A stretch of DNA of 62,957 nt from Candidatus Saccharimonadota bacterium (GCA_020428465.1 JAGQMY010000006.1:1-62957), one strand, 5' to 3'; positions 1 through 9,817 are shown, counted from the first letter of the stretch. Notes: a model not told the origin generated them from the letters alone. Translations and numbers: made by a program.

Positions 1-20
1 AATCTTTTGTAACTTTACCC

Positions 21-141
21 CTTAAAAATCTATGATTTTGTGGGGGACCCAGTTTTCCTCAACGCGCCAGGTGCGGAATAAATCCGCCACTTGGGCTGCT
101 CTTTTCCCTTTATTTAGGGGAGCAGTCGCGCTTAAAAATCT
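21..141. repeat. family-B intergenic repeat copy bounded by the 11-bp direct repeat cttaaaaatct (21-31 and 131-141)
   Basis: Segment 57-101 (cctcaacgcgc..gcggaataaatccgcc..ggctgctc) is visibly homologous to 25321-25366. The flanking 11-mers are identical. Confidence 0.5.
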
Positions 142-167
142 GGACTCTACCACCGAGCTCCACATCC
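131..167 (-). pseudogene. tRNA 5'-half-like fragment (acceptor strand, D arm, start of anticodon arm)
   Basis: Minus strand reads GGATGTGGAGCTCGGTGGTAGAGTCCAGATTTTTAAG. There is a GCTC/GAGT D stem, but no complementary anticodon-stem strand or T arm follows inside the window. Confidence 0.35.
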
Positions 168-241
168 TAAAGCGTTTTATTTTCTACTGTCCCACGTATC
201 CGCATTTGCTTAACGCGGCTGCGTGCGATTATAGAAAAGAA

Positions 242-490
242 TTATCTTCTCAAGCCTAATTTTTTAATCAAACTAAGATAAGATGCTGAGTCATTATCAG
301 CTAGGTATTTCAATAATTTTTTCCTCTTACCAACCATTACAATAAGTCCGCGTCGAGCCATGTGGTCTTTTTTGTTGACCTTTAGGTGTTCAGTAAGCTC
401 TTTGATGCGATCAGTGAGCGCAGTAACCTGCACTTCTGTCGAGCCAGTATCTACTACTTCTTTTTTAGATTTAACTTTCGTTTCAGTCAT
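242..490 (-). CDS. rpsO: 30S ribosomal protein S15
   Basis: Typical S15 C-terminal half: [31 protein letters not shown]. The ORF-track start at 502 is TTG; an ATG lies at 490. Confidence 0.9.
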   Translation of the reverse strand: MTETKVKSKKEVVDTGSTEVQVTALTDRIKELTEHLKVNKKDHMARRGLIVMVGKRKKLLKYLADNDSASYLSLIKKLGLRR

Positions 491-513
491 TGTTGAATGC
501 AATTGTAACAGAT

Positions 514-1215
514 CTACTCTGTTGTTGCAACCATTTTTTCTAAAAGAGTCAAATTAATTTCTGAAATTGGATATGCTTTATTAACGTCAAATTCATCAAT
601 TTTAATCCTTCTAAGTTTGCTTAAATAACCTCCGCAACCTAGCTTTTGCCCCAGATCCCTAGCAATACTTCGTATGTAAGTCCCTGATGAGACTTTGGTC
701 GTAAAACTCAATTTATTACCATTAATTTTTACGTTTTCAATTGAATATATTCTGACTTTGCGAGCTTTCAGCTCTGTTGTTCCGCCTTTTCTTGCTACTT
801 CATAGGCCTTTTTGCCGGCTACTTTTATAGCGCTATACTGTGGAGGCATTTGTTCAGATTCACCTACAAAACTCATAAGTGTCTTTTCGATATCAGTTTT
901 TGACTTTCGACATTCGACTTTTGACATAACTATGTTGCCTTCTGCATCGTCTGTGTCACTCACGGCACCAAGGGTTATTTCGGCTTCATAGGTTTTATCC
1001 TTTTTCATAAAGCTATCTTGTTGTTTGGTCATTTTACCAGTTAATACGATAAGTAGCCCTGTAGCCATAGGATCAAGAGTGCCAGCATGACCGACTTTGA
1101 TTTTTCGATTACTGGTAGCTTGCCTTATGTATTTTCTTACTATGGCGACAACATCAAAGCTGGTATACCCACTAGGCTTATCTATTAGCAAAACAAGGTC
1201 ACTATTACTTTTCAT
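514..1215 (-). CDS. truB: tRNA pseudouridine(55) synthase TruB
   Basis: Catalytic-Asp motif [14 protein letters not shown], length 233 aa, adjacent to rpsO. Confidence 0.9.
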   Translation of the reverse strand: MKSNSDLVLLIDKPSGYTSFDVVAIVRKYIRQATSNRKIKVGHAGTLDPMATGLLIVLTGKMTKQQDSFMKKDKTYEAEITLGAVSDTDDAEGNIVMSKVECRKSKTDIEKTLMSFVGESEQMPPQYSAIKVAGKKAYEVARKGGTTELKARKVRIYSIENVKINGNKLSFTTKVSSGTYIRSIARDLGQKLGCGGYLSKLRRIKIDEFDVNKAYPISEINLTLLEKMVATTE

Positions 1216-1256
1216 ACTGGTTAGTATATAAGAAGACTTTGTTTGTCGTCCTGCTA

Positions 1257-2867
1257 TTAGTTGCTAGTTGGCGTAACTAGAGGATTGTCGTTCTTACCAT
1301 CGGCGTCAAAAAATTGGGGCTGATTAGACGGTGGCATTAATGGTGGTGGTACTGGTGGTGGTGAATTTGGGTTAACTACTTGAGGAGGTGGTTGGTCTGC
1401 TGGATTAACTTGATCTGGTTGTGCTGGAGTTTCTGGTGCATGTTGTGCCGGTTTTTGTCCCTCAGAAGTACTTTGCGCCTGTTCTGTTGCCTGCCTTGCA
1501 TCGTTAATTGCCTTTTCTACATCTGATTTTGCTTCAGTTTGATCGCCCACAAAGCCGTTTTTAACCATTCCGACGAATTCGTCAGGCACTTGGGGACTGT
1601 CACTTACGTGCGGGCTATCTACTGCTTGTTCCAAATCGGTTAAAGTCTGCGGACTTGAACTTACGGGCTCGGGCGTTGTCACATTTTGAGCTGACTGTTG
1701 TGGATCGCCTTCTGCTAAAGGTTGTATGACTTTTTTGCCGTGCGAGAACATAGATTTCTCATCCTCACTTATCACTGAGGGTTGCTCATCTAGTAACGGC
1801 TGAGCTGTTACGGTGCCACTGTCGTCTTGCGCAAAAAGCTTAGGTGGCTCTACCGGTGGTATAAAGCTGTGTTCTTCACTCTCATTTGTAGGCTGTTGAG
1901 CTGTTAAAGGTTCGACGGGCTCCACAGGATTTACATCTGCAGTCTGTTGGTTTTCTGAAGCAGGCATCTCAGATGGCTGTTCTGGAAGTTTCAAGTTTCC
2001 ATTATCGTCTATGTGTATATCCTGAATCTCGTTTTCGTCATGGCTGATTTCTAATGCTCCATCATTATCGCTGTCGTCACTAGAACCGTACTGCAAAGGA
2101 GCAACTGGTCCTGAATGATCAGGTTCGTCTAGTTTTTCTGCTATAAGCTGTTGGTTAGCTCCCTGACTCATCAGTTGAGCGCTGATTGATAATACCTGTG
2201 GTGTCGTATAACCGTTTCTGAACCTATCAGTTTCGGCCACTATACCTGTCATAAGTGCTGTAGCTATTTGTCCGTCTACAAGGTTATCACCAAGTTGACC
2301 GGATATGCTTGCTATCATCTCGGAAATACTGCTCGCTTGTTGCTCCTGCCAATTAATTGCACCGATATTACTAACAATGTCGTGGTTAGTCAGTGCGACT
2401 ACAGTAGCATCATGTAGAATTCTCCCATGTGCTGTTATAGCTGTGTCGAAATCTTCTTTTTGTACTACTCCTAGGGCCACTACAGCATCGACGTTGAAAT
2501 CACCCTGGCTGAAGTCTAGATCTTTTTCGCTGATTGAAGTCTTATAAGGTGTTATAAAAATTCTGACTACATTATCTTCGACTTTATATCGCAGTTTGTC
2601 AGCCTTAGATTTATCCAGTGCAATTATGAAATCTCTCAAGCTATCGGTGTTTGAATCAATCGCCATTTCAGGCTGCAAAAACTCAATTGTTGAGGGTACC
2701 CTACCGCTAAATACCGTGATCGAATGCTTTCCCATGTGATTTAGCATTAGGGTTAGTCCGATCGCTGCAGTCAAATCGTCAACAGATGGGTTATTCTTAA
2801 CAGTCACCAATACATTATTGGAGTCCTTTAATACTTTTACTACTTGTTCGGCTGCCGGATTTTGCAT
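1257..2867 (-). CDS. DHH-family (NrnA-like) phosphoesterase-like protein with a roughly 290-aa acidic/Pro-rich low-complexity tail
   Basis: The N-terminal ~245 aa have a DHH-domain layout (PSVDDLTAAIG, VVALTNHD, GIVAETDRFR). I found no GGGH/DHHA1 region, and the C-terminus is low complexity. Confidence 0.55.
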   Translation of the reverse strand: MQNPAAEQVVKVLKDSNNVLVTVKNNPSVDDLTAAIGLTLMLNHMGKHSITVFSGRVPSTIEFLQPEMAIDSNTDSLRDFIIALDKSKADKLRYKVEDNVVRIFITPYKTSISEKDLDFSQGDFNVDAVVALGVVQKEDFDTAITAHGRILHDATVVALTNHDIVSNIGAINWQEQQASSISEMIASISGQLGDNLVDGQIATALMTGIVAETDRFRNGYTTPQVLSISAQLMSQGANQQLIAEKLDEPDHSGPVAPLQYGSSDDSDNDGALEISHDENEIQDIHIDDNGNLKLPEQPSEMPASENQQTADVNPVEPVEPLTAQQPTNESEEHSFIPPVEPPKLFAQDDSGTVTAQPLLDEQPSVISEDEKSMFSHGKKVIQPLAEGDPQQSAQNVTTPEPVSSSPQTLTDLEQAVDSPHVSDSPQVPDEFVGMVKNGFVGDQTEAKSDVEKAINDARQATEQAQSTSEGQKPAQHAPETPAQPDQVNPADQPPPQVVNPNSPPPVPPPLMPPSNQPQFFDADGKNDNPLVTPTSN

Positions 2868-3029
2868 ATTTTTGGTTTTTAAATGCTTACGTTTTTGATT
2901 GTACCATGATTTTTACCGGTATGTCTATAGTATTTACTTATCTGTTAAACTTCGGTATAATTACCTGAAAAGTTCAATAAACAATTTCGCATACATTACT
3001 AGGCGAATATAACAGGAGTGAATTAACAT

Positions 3030-3392
3030 ATGCCAATTATCAAATCAGCCAAGAAGCGTGTCCGTGTTGCTAAGCGACAATCGACTGCAAATGCAAAAAC
3101 CAAGCGATCATTACGGAACGCAATTCGCAATTTTCAGACAGTACTAACAGGCAAAAAAGAAACTACTAAGTCTCAGTCCGAAGCGTTCAGTGCAATAGAT
3201 AGAGCTGTTAAGAATGGCGTGATTAGTAAAAACAAAGCTGCTCGAAAGAAGCGACAGCTTAACGCAAAGTCAAAAGCAGCCGGTACAACCAAAGCAGGTT
3301 CTAAGGCAAAATCTTCAGTAGCGAAGCCAGCAACTAAAAAAGCAGAAGCTAAGAAGCCAGCTGCCAAGAAAACTACAGCTAAGAAAAAATAA
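3030..3392 (+). CDS. rpsT: 30S ribosomal protein S20 with Lys/Ala-rich C-terminal extension
   Basis: Typical S20 N-terminus MPIIKSAKKRVRVAKRQ. AGGAG-like SD upstream. Confidence 0.85.
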   Translation: MPIIKSAKKRVRVAKRQSTANAKTKRSLRNAIRNFQTVLTGKKETTKSQSEAFSAIDRAVKNGVISKNKAARKKRQLNAKSKAAGTTKAGSKAKSSVAKPATKKAEAKKPAAKKTTAKKK

Positions 3393-3396
3393 TCTA

Positions 3397-4305
3397 CTAG
3401 ATATTTAGTAGATACAGTTCGAGACAGGCATCGGCATCGGCGCCTGTTTTTATTTGAGCATCAAGCTCACTTAAATCTTTGATTAATTTACGTATTTTTT
3501 TCTTATTAATTCGACTTGCTAGAGCGAGTGATTTTCGGGCCGTATAGGGTGACATTCCGCCAGACACTAGACTGCTTTCAGTTTTTTCATCCGAAAATAC
3601 AGCTAGCGCTAGAGTTGTTAACTGCCACACGAACATAGAGATTATATACTGAGGATCGAGTTTTGCTTCGCGTAAATTTCTATAAGTTAAAGTAGCAAGC
3701 TCTTTCTTCCCGGAAAATGCCGAGTCTAAAAGATCAAAAATAGTATTTTGTAGCGACAAATCCGTTAGCTTGTCTATACTACTACGCGTAATGTTCTCAT
3801 CGTACAGCGCTAGCTTGTCTAACTCGCTCGCAAGTTGTTGTTGATTATTGCCTACTCGGCCAATTAGATAATTAGCATCACTAATAGAAACTTTTGCATT
3901 TATTGACTGAGCATATTCAACAACCCATTTATCTAAATCATTTTCATTGAGTTCACGAAAATCAGTAAGTTCGGAATTTTTTTGCAGAGTTTTGAATAAA
4001 GTCTTTCTCTTATCGAGATTCTGTTCGAGAAGAATTACCTCAACACCATCAGCTACCCTATCAATTAGTTCGTCGATTCTCAAGGCAAAATCACTATTGG
4101 ACTCTATATCAGATACTATTACTAGTTTCTTCGACGATAAAAATGGAAGAGACTGAACGGCTTGCAGGATCGAGTTCATATCCGTTTCAGATGCATCGAT
4201 TTGCTCTACAGAGAAATCGCCGACTTCTTTAACAAAGGAACTAATAATTTTGTTCAGCTCTGCTTTTAAGGCAAATGTGTTCTTGCCAGTAAATGTTTTT
4301 ACCAT
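3397..4305 (-). CDS. holA: DNA polymerase III delta subunit
   Basis: 302 aa. N-terminal FxGxN..L....I pattern, the SLPFLSSKKLVIV block and a C-terminal helical domain are typical of HolA. Confidence 0.7.
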   Translation of the reverse strand: MVKTFTGKNTFALKAELNKIISSFVKEVGDFSVEQIDASETDMNSILQAVQSLPFLSSKKLVIVSDIESNSDFALRIDELIDRVADGVEVILLEQNLDKRKTLFKTLQKNSELTDFRELNENDLDKWVVEYAQSINAKVSISDANYLIGRVGNNQQQLASELDKLALYDENITRSSIDKLTDLSLQNTIFDLLDSAFSGKKELATLTYRNLREAKLDPQYIISMFVWQLTTLALAVFSDEKTESSLVSGGMSPYTARKSLALASRINKKKIRKLIKDLSELDAQIKTGADADACLELYLLNI

Positions 4306-4349
4306 ACTTAACTACTAGTATCTAATATTTCCTACACACATATCCAGCG

Positions 4350-5228
4350 TTAGCGTTTTATTTTATTCTTTTGACATACTGGACAATAGTGCGTTCCTCG
4401 TCCTGCTACCCTTGTTTTTTTTATAATTGCGCTACACCTAGGACACAATTTTCCCTCTCGCCTAAACACTTTAGCAAATTGCAAATAGCTCCCCTTTTTG
4501 CCCTCAGCATCAACATAATTTTTGTCAGTACTTCCACCTTTTTCGATGGAAAGCTTTAATACGAATAACATTTCATCATATAGCGTTTCTAGCCGTGATT
4601 TATTAATCGATTTAACTAACTCGCCAGGAAATATTTTTGCGCCCCACAAACTTTCGTCCGCATAAATATTTCCAACACCAGCTAAGATAGTTTGGTCGAG
4701 CAAAACAGCTTTGATAGTAGTGTTTTGTCTTTTATGAATTCGGGCTAAAAACTCAGTTTTAGTAAAGTTCTTACTAAGTGGTTCAGGGCCTAATTTTTTT
4801 ATGAATTCATGATTATTTACTTGAGATGTCGGGATTAACTTGACCCATCCGAACTTTCTTTGATCATTGAAGAATAATTTTGAACCATCAGAAAAACTAA
4901 AAATAACTCTTGTCGATTTATCAGGTAGACTACCAACAAGCGAATTGTTTGGGTGACCTGCTCCAAAATTTTGTTCACCACGATACACTAGTTGCCCAGT
5001 CATCTTTAGGTGAATAATAAATGAGTATTCACTATTGAGGCCCAGTATCAGTGCCTTACCTCTCCGTTCGACATTTACTATCTCTGCACCAACAACGAAA
5101 TTATCTACGTCATTTGGATTATTAGGAAAACTTTTCAGCCAATCATGATCAATTGATTTTATTAACTTACCTACAATTAATCCATTAAGGCCTCGTTTAA
5201 CTGTTTCGACTTCTGGTAGTTCTGGCAT
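4350..5228 (-). CDS. mutM: formamidopyrimidine-DNA glycosylase
   Basis: N-terminal MPELPEVE (catalytic Pro2/Glu3) and a C-terminal CPRC-x16-CPVC zinc finger. Confidence 0.9.
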   Translation of the reverse strand: MPELPEVETVKRGLNGLIVGKLIKSIDHDWLKSFPNNPNDVDNFVVGAEIVNVERRGKALILGLNSEYSFIIHLKMTGQLVYRGEQNFGAGHPNNSLVGSLPDKSTRVIFSFSDGSKLFFNDQRKFGWVKLIPTSQVNNHEFIKKLGPEPLSKNFTKTEFLARIHKRQNTTIKAVLLDQTILAGVGNIYADESLWGAKIFPGELVKSINKSRLETLYDEMLFVLKLSIEKGGSTDKNYVDAEGKKGSYLQFAKVFRREGKLCPRCSAIIKKTRVAGRGTHYCPVCQKNKIKR

Positions 5229-5250
5229 ATAATAAGTTTACATTTTTATC

Positions 5251-5493
5251 ATGGACTCATTAAAGGATATATTCACTAATTCGAAATCAGCCTCTGAGCC
5301 ACCTCAATTATCTGCACTCAAAAAATATTTAAACGAAAAATATAATGATAAATTTATTGTTGGTGTGAGCAAGGATCGATATTCTGTTATTGCACCAAAT
5401 TCCAGCTTAGCTGGATTAGTTCGTATGCACCAAAATCAAATAGTCAAGGAATGTAACCTAGACAAAGAATTAGTTATCACCATTCGACATTAA
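5251..5493 (+). CDS. small hypothetical protein, possibly DUF721/DciA-like
   Basis: 80 aa. The pattern VGVSKDRYSVIAPNSSLAGLVRMHQNQIVKECN resembles the DUF721 core. Weak assignment. Confidence 0.3.
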   Translation: MDSLKDIFTNSKSASEPPQLSALKKYLNEKYNDKFIVGVSKDRYSVIAPNSSLAGLVRMHQNQIVKECNLDKELVITIRH

Positions 5494-6060
5494 CATCGGT
5501 TCAATTTCTTTGATAAATTGCTCAAAAGATTCATACTTAATAGCACTCATGCCGGCATCAATAGCACCCGTAACGTTTTTCTCCAGGTCGTCTATGAATA
5601 CACATTCACTAGCATCAACACCGAGTCTATCCGCAGATAGCTTATAGATTCTTTCATCAGGTTTTACTAGACCAACATCACTGCTAAGAACTATATCGTC
5701 GAAATAGTCGCTAGCAGGTCTTTCTACGAACATTCTTTCAATAAACCCATGACCCACATTTGATATCATGCCTATTTTGTATTTATTTTTATGATTATCT
5801 ATAAAATCTAGAATTCGTCCATCTAAACCGCTAAATTGTTTGAGCCTGCTATAAACCTCTTCTTTTGTAACTCCTACAATTTGTGCAAATTCACCCCATA
5901 GCTCATCGCGTGTTATCAGTCCAAGGTCGACTTTTTTTACTAAATTATGAAGCTCGTCTCTGTATTCGTTAATTCTCTGACCTAAATACTCATCAGCCAT
6001 CAACCAGTAAGTATCTGGATATAGCACTCCAAAGCAGTCGAAAATTATGGCCTTAATCAT
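5470..6060 (-). CDS. HAD-superfamily hydrolase
   Basis: Motif I IIFDCFGV, motif III/IV region CVFIDDLEKNVTGA. Paralogue of 8074-8655. Confidence 0.8.
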   Translation of the reverse strand: MIKAIIFDCFGVLYPDTYWLMADEYLGQRINEYRDELHNLVKKVDLGLITRDELWGEFAQIVGVTKEEVYSRLKQFSGLDGRILDFIDNHKNKYKIGMISNVGHGFIERMFVERPASDYFDDIVLSSDVGLVKPDERIYKLSADRLGVDASECVFIDDLEKNVTGAIDAGMSAIKYESFEQFIKEIEPMLMSNGDN

Positions 6061-6112
6061 ACTAATAGTCTATCAGAGAGTTAGTTACTGAATTATGAAG
6101 TTGCTCTTTTTT

Positions 6113-6712
6113 TTAGAGAGTTAGGCCTGTGTTTTTGACCAATTCGTCAAAATCTGGAACTTGCTTAGCAAACAGAACTCGCATCGTAGTCATCATACCT
6201 GCTGCTGTACCATCAGCCCTGTCACAAGAATCTGTCCAACGTCTCTCATTGTCTCCGACTTCTAGAATGTAGCGTTTTCCTCGAGGACATGATCCTTCGT
6301 CCATATAATCATCATCCGAAGTTGTGCCCGCATATCTATCTAGTGCCTTTGCCTTCTCGAGAGATTTTATAAAATTGTCGTATGATTGTACGTTATTTAC
6401 ATATGATTTTTCTGCTACTACCTTCAGTCCGTAGTCTGAAAATACTTTCATCTTGACAGTTTGGGCTGTAACTTCGATAGCGTAGCTACGATGTTCAGAA
6501 CTGGCCACAATAGGACCATCAACAATATATCGAACAACTTTAACATCATCTAAATTAGTTGTGTTTTCCTCGATATTAACTGTGGTAGGCGTATCTGATT
6601 TTTTGTTAAATACAGAACGAGCGATTGAGCTTAATCCCCAACCTACAAAAACCAAAACAACCAATAATAATAGAGTGGCTATAATCCATTTGAGCTTTGA
6701 ACCAAATCCCAT
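6113..6712 (-). CDS. hypothetical membrane-anchored protein
   Basis: Single N-terminal TM helix (WIIATLLLLVVLVFVGWGL). No recognisable domain. Confidence 0.5.
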   Translation of the reverse strand: MGFGSKLKWIIATLLLLVVLVFVGWGLSSIARSVFNKKSDTPTTVNIEENTTNLDDVKVVRYIVDGPIVASSEHRSYAIEVTAQTVKMKVFSDYGLKVVAEKSYVNNVQSYDNFIKSLEKAKALDRYAGTTSDDDYMDEGSCPRGKRYILEVGDNERRWTDSCDRADGTAAGMMTTMRVLFAKQVPDFDELVKNTGLTL

Positions 6713-6752
6713 AATGCTTATATTATATCACCAGTTAAACATAATTGCAATA

Positions 6753-7154
6753 CTATTGTAGTATTTCAGACACTATCCGTCTTATTTCGTCATTTATGCC
6801 GACTTCTGGGATATCCTCGAGCTTATTTACCCATATATATTCACTGTGTTCGTTGCTAAGCGCAACTTTTGATGGCACCTTGGCCTCAACTCTAAAAAAT
6901 ATTAATATCAAGCCTGTATTTTCTGCTACATCTACTGGTACCCTGTACGAACCAAGCATATCACCGATAGAAATTACTTTAGTTTCAGGTAATTCTTCAC
7001 TTATTTCCCGCCTCAAAGCACCCTCGAAAGATTCATCGCCATCAATCCTGCCACCAGGAACGTCAATTATTCGCGGATCTTTCAGTAATAAAACACCTCT
7101 TTCGGGGTCATTTATTATCGCCTTAACTCCTACATAAAATTTTTTCATTGCCAT
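6753..7154 (-). CDS. NUDIX hydrolase
   Basis: Nudix box GGRIDGDESFEGALRREISEELP. Confidence 0.8.
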   Translation of the reverse strand: MAMKKFYVGVKAIINDPERGVLLLKDPRIIDVPGGRIDGDESFEGALRREISEELPETKVISIGDMLGSYRVPVDVAENTGLILIFFRVEAKVPSKVALSNEHSEYIWVNKLEDIPEVGINDEIRRIVSEILQ

Positions 7155-7174
7155 ACGGCAAGTATATCAGTAAC

Positions 7175-8023
7175 TTAAGCTTTTGACGCTGATTGCGGTT
7201 TCGGTGACTGGCTTGCCCCTTGTTTATTTTTGGGTATATATTTACGAAGTATGTAAAGGACCGCTGCAATTACACCGAAAACAATCGCAGTGCCGAGCAT
7301 GTACGGACTTATTAGGTTCTGAATCGCTTTAACCGCTGACTTTATTAGTTCAGTCGTATCAATGTCGCCTTCTTTAGGAGAATTTAGTTTATTTGTAAAT
7401 GTGACCGGTAAGAATACCGTAATAACCCAGAAGAAAAACAACCAGATACTTGTGTGCAAAAATATCCTGCCGATTCTTTGTAGTTTCTTGCCTTTTTCGG
7501 CTACAAACCATTCTCCAATCAAAAGTAGTATACATATAATAACTCCGGCAATTTTTATCTTAGTAAATGTCTCGTAGAAATCATGCAGTTTATCTAACTG
7601 ACCATCCTCATTAATCTCAATCGGCTTAGTAAAGTCGTCAATCATCTTCTGGTCAACTTCAATACCTGCAGCCTGTAATTTTTGTGGGAAATCACTTAAA
7701 TCAATTGTTGGTTCAGGCGTACCTTTCTTTAGAAACTCAGACAATGATGATGTTAGGTTCGTTACTTTTGTTGTTACAAAATCTTGATCTACTATCCTAA
7801 TTATTTGTTGTTTCATATTTTCTAACTCTTCGATTGGAGCGTCCTTCGTAGCTATATCGGGCAATATATTTGTAATTTCTGTATTCACACCGGAGTTTTT
7901 TAATGCACTAGTTAGTTTATCGGTATTCAACAACACGTTATCTACCAAGAACGTGAAAAAAGTCGCTATTAAAAAGAAAACAGCTAATGTTATTAATACG
8001 TGAGAAAAAATTCGTCTCGCCAT
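7175..8023 (-). CDS. hypothetical integral membrane protein
   Basis: N-terminal TM plus three or more C-terminal TM helices. The ATG at 8023 is preceded by AGGAGA. The ORF-track start at 8074 lacks an SD. Confidence 0.5.
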   Translation of the reverse strand: MARRIFSHVLITLAVFFLIATFFTFLVDNVLLNTDKLTSALKNSGVNTEITNILPDIATKDAPIEELENMKQQIIRIVDQDFVTTKVTNLTSSLSEFLKKGTPEPTIDLSDFPQKLQAAGIEVDQKMIDDFTKPIEINEDGQLDKLHDFYETFTKIKIAGVIICILLLIGEWFVAEKGKKLQRIGRIFLHTSIWLFFFWVITVFLPVTFTNKLNSPKEGDIDTTELIKSAVKAIQNLISPYMLGTAIVFGVIAAVLYILRKYIPKNKQGASQSPKPQSASKA

Positions 8024-8073
8024 TTTTATATCTCCTATTAAATATTTGCTAAAGACATAACCGTATTGTAGCA

Positions 8074-8655
8074 CTAATTTGTTCGGGCAACTTCAGATAG
8101 CAAACTTTCCAGTTTTTTCTTAAAATCAGCAGTGTCTTTAAACAGAATAGCTTTCATCCCTACGCCTATTGCTCCGTCAATGTAAGGCTGTCTATCATCA
8201 GTGAAAACACATTCTTCGAGCCGAACACCCAAGCTATATGCTACTGCCTCGTATGCTTGAGCTTCTGGTTTAGCATATCCAAGCTTGCCAGACTCTACTA
8301 TCACATCAAAATAAGGCTCGATCACAGTTCTATCGAAAAATGCTTCCAGACCTTCAGGCCCGATATTTGTCAGCATCCCTATTTTATATTTTTTACTAAG
8401 CTCTGAAATATAACTTAGGAGCTCCGAATTATATCCTGCGTATTTTTCTCTAGCCTCAAGCCACTGCTCCTTGGTGACTCCTAGCCTTTGTTTTATACCC
8501 TCATACCAATTAATTTTTCCCTTACTAACATCAAAGAAAAACTGCTCTATATACTCCGCATCTTTAGCAGAATCACCACCAAAATGGTCATATAGCGCAG
8601 CAAAATCATCAAAATACACAACCCCAAAACAGTCAAAAATTATGGCCTTAATCAT
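8074..8655 (-). CDS. HAD-superfamily hydrolase
   Basis: MIKAIIFDCFGV has the same N-terminus as the 5470-6060 paralogue; CVFTDDRQPYIDGA. The ORF-track start at 8697 adds 14 unlikely residues. Confidence 0.8.
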   Translation of the reverse strand: MIKAIIFDCFGVVYFDDFAALYDHFGGDSAKDAEYIEQFFFDVSKGKINWYEGIKQRLGVTKEQWLEAREKYAGYNSELLSYISELSKKYKIGMLTNIGPEGLEAFFDRTVIEPYFDVIVESGKLGYAKPEAQAYEAVAYSLGVRLEECVFTDDRQPYIDGAIGVGMKAILFKDTADFKKKLESLLSEVARTN

Positions 8656-8693
8656 GTTGTCCCCACTGGAATTGTGGTGCAAAACTAGGTGCT

Positions 8694-9242
8694 TCAATCA
8701 TTAATTTCTACTTCCTTACACACGGCGTTCGGCATGTGATAATATTCATCAAATTCAGTAATTTTTCTGTAGCCCTTGGCAAGCTGTTGCAGATAAAACC
8801 CAGCTGTAACATGACCCACGACCAACACATTCCCACTTGCATCATTGCATTCTTTTTTTATCATTTCCAACGCGACTAAAAGTCGTTTTATCAAGGTCGC
8901 TTGCGGTTCAAATCCGCGTTCGGTATCGATAGTAATATACTTTTCGCTCTCCATGTCTTTTGGTTTACCTTCGCACTCTCCCAAGCTACGCTCGGTTAAC
9001 TCATCGACTACCTCAATATCCCCTACATGAAGACCCAGCTCGGAGGCAATTATTTCGGCTGTCTGACGTGCTCGGATAAGGGGTGATGTTAGGATTTTTG
9101 TGATTTTTATGTCCTTAAGGCTATTGGCTGTTTCGATAGCTTGTTCCCTACCAAGCTTCGTCAGTTTCGGCGTGCTATCAGCAATTAAACGCGCAGCATT
9201 TGCCTCGCTCTGCCCATGCCGTACAAAATAAAATTTAATCAC
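8694..9242 (-). CDS. histidine phosphatase family protein (phosphoglycerate mutase-like)
   Basis: RHGQSEAN catalytic motif at the N-terminus and a downstream GH motif (VVGHV). GTGA start/stop overlap with the upstream gene. Confidence 0.8.
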   Translation of the reverse strand: MIKFYFVRHGQSEANAARLIADSTPKLTKLGREQAIETANSLKDIKITKILTSPLIRARQTAEIIASELGLHVGDIEVVDELTERSLGECEGKPKDMESEKYITIDTERGFEPQATLIKRLLVALEMIKKECNDASGNVLVVGHVTAGFYLQQLAKGYRKITEFDEYYHMPNAVCKEVEIND

Positions 9243-9817
9243 ACGTATATCCTTGCTAATATTAATATCTGAAATAATACTGCATAAACCTGTTGAGCTC
9301 TTATAACTTGTTTATTAGACTTCTCTCCATGAAGACCCCATGTTTCTGTTATAACCATAATGACAAGGATCGCGACTCCGAAAATTTGAAATACTCCACT
9401 GACTTGAGCAGTTCTATCTGTATAATTGCCTTCGACAAGCAGTAAGGCACCGAGCGGTAACATAAAGTGTGCCAATAGCCATGATGAATACCAGTGAATC
9501 AGGTGCTTTTTACCAGGTAGTTCGGGCACCCAGGCTGTAATAATCTGCATTGTCAGTGCAAACGCATACAGGTAGTAATATAGCTCCGGTACGGTCAGGT
9601 TATAACGCATATAGCCATAGGTGCAGAGTGCGAGAAATATACCAGCCAACGAAATACCAGTAGCAAAAATGAAATAGTCTTTTTTGGATGTTACGGCTAG
9701 TTCACTTGTTGTTCTGACGTCAATGTGGCGTGTTCGCCATACCAGCCATGATCCAAAAACCCAGCTTATTAACACACCATAAAGCGCAAAATGTTTGAAA
9801 ATAGATTGCCATTCCAT
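9239..9817 (-). CDS. hypothetical integral membrane protein
   Basis: About six predicted TM helices. No recognisable family. Confidence 0.5.
   Translation of the reverse strand: MEWQSIFKHFALYGVLISWVFGSWLVWRTRHIDVRTTSELAVTSKKDYFIFATGISLAGIFLALCTYGYMRYNLTVPELYYYLYAFALTMQIITAWVPELPGKKHLIHWYSSWLLAHFMLPLGALLLVEGNYTDRTAQVSGVFQIFGVAILVIMVITETWGLHGEKSNKQVIRAQQVYAVLFQILILARIYV

Noticed and set aside
1-170. Possible RNase P RNA, SRP RNA or intron-containing tRNA on the minus strand, based on GAGGAAAACTGGGTCC, GAGCAGCCCAAG and a tRNA-like 5' half
   Set aside because: The P4-like string has three mismatches in a normally invariant motif. No GNRA-capped SRP helix 8 is present. No anticodon-stem partner or T arm follows. 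The second copy of the segment at 25300-25383 lacks these parts. I treat it as a repeat, and only an Infernal scan on extended sequence could settle it.
32-259. 75-aa ORF from the track
   Set aside because: It lies over the family-B repeat and the tRNA-half-like fragment. It has no SD and an implausible composition, so it is more likely non-coding.
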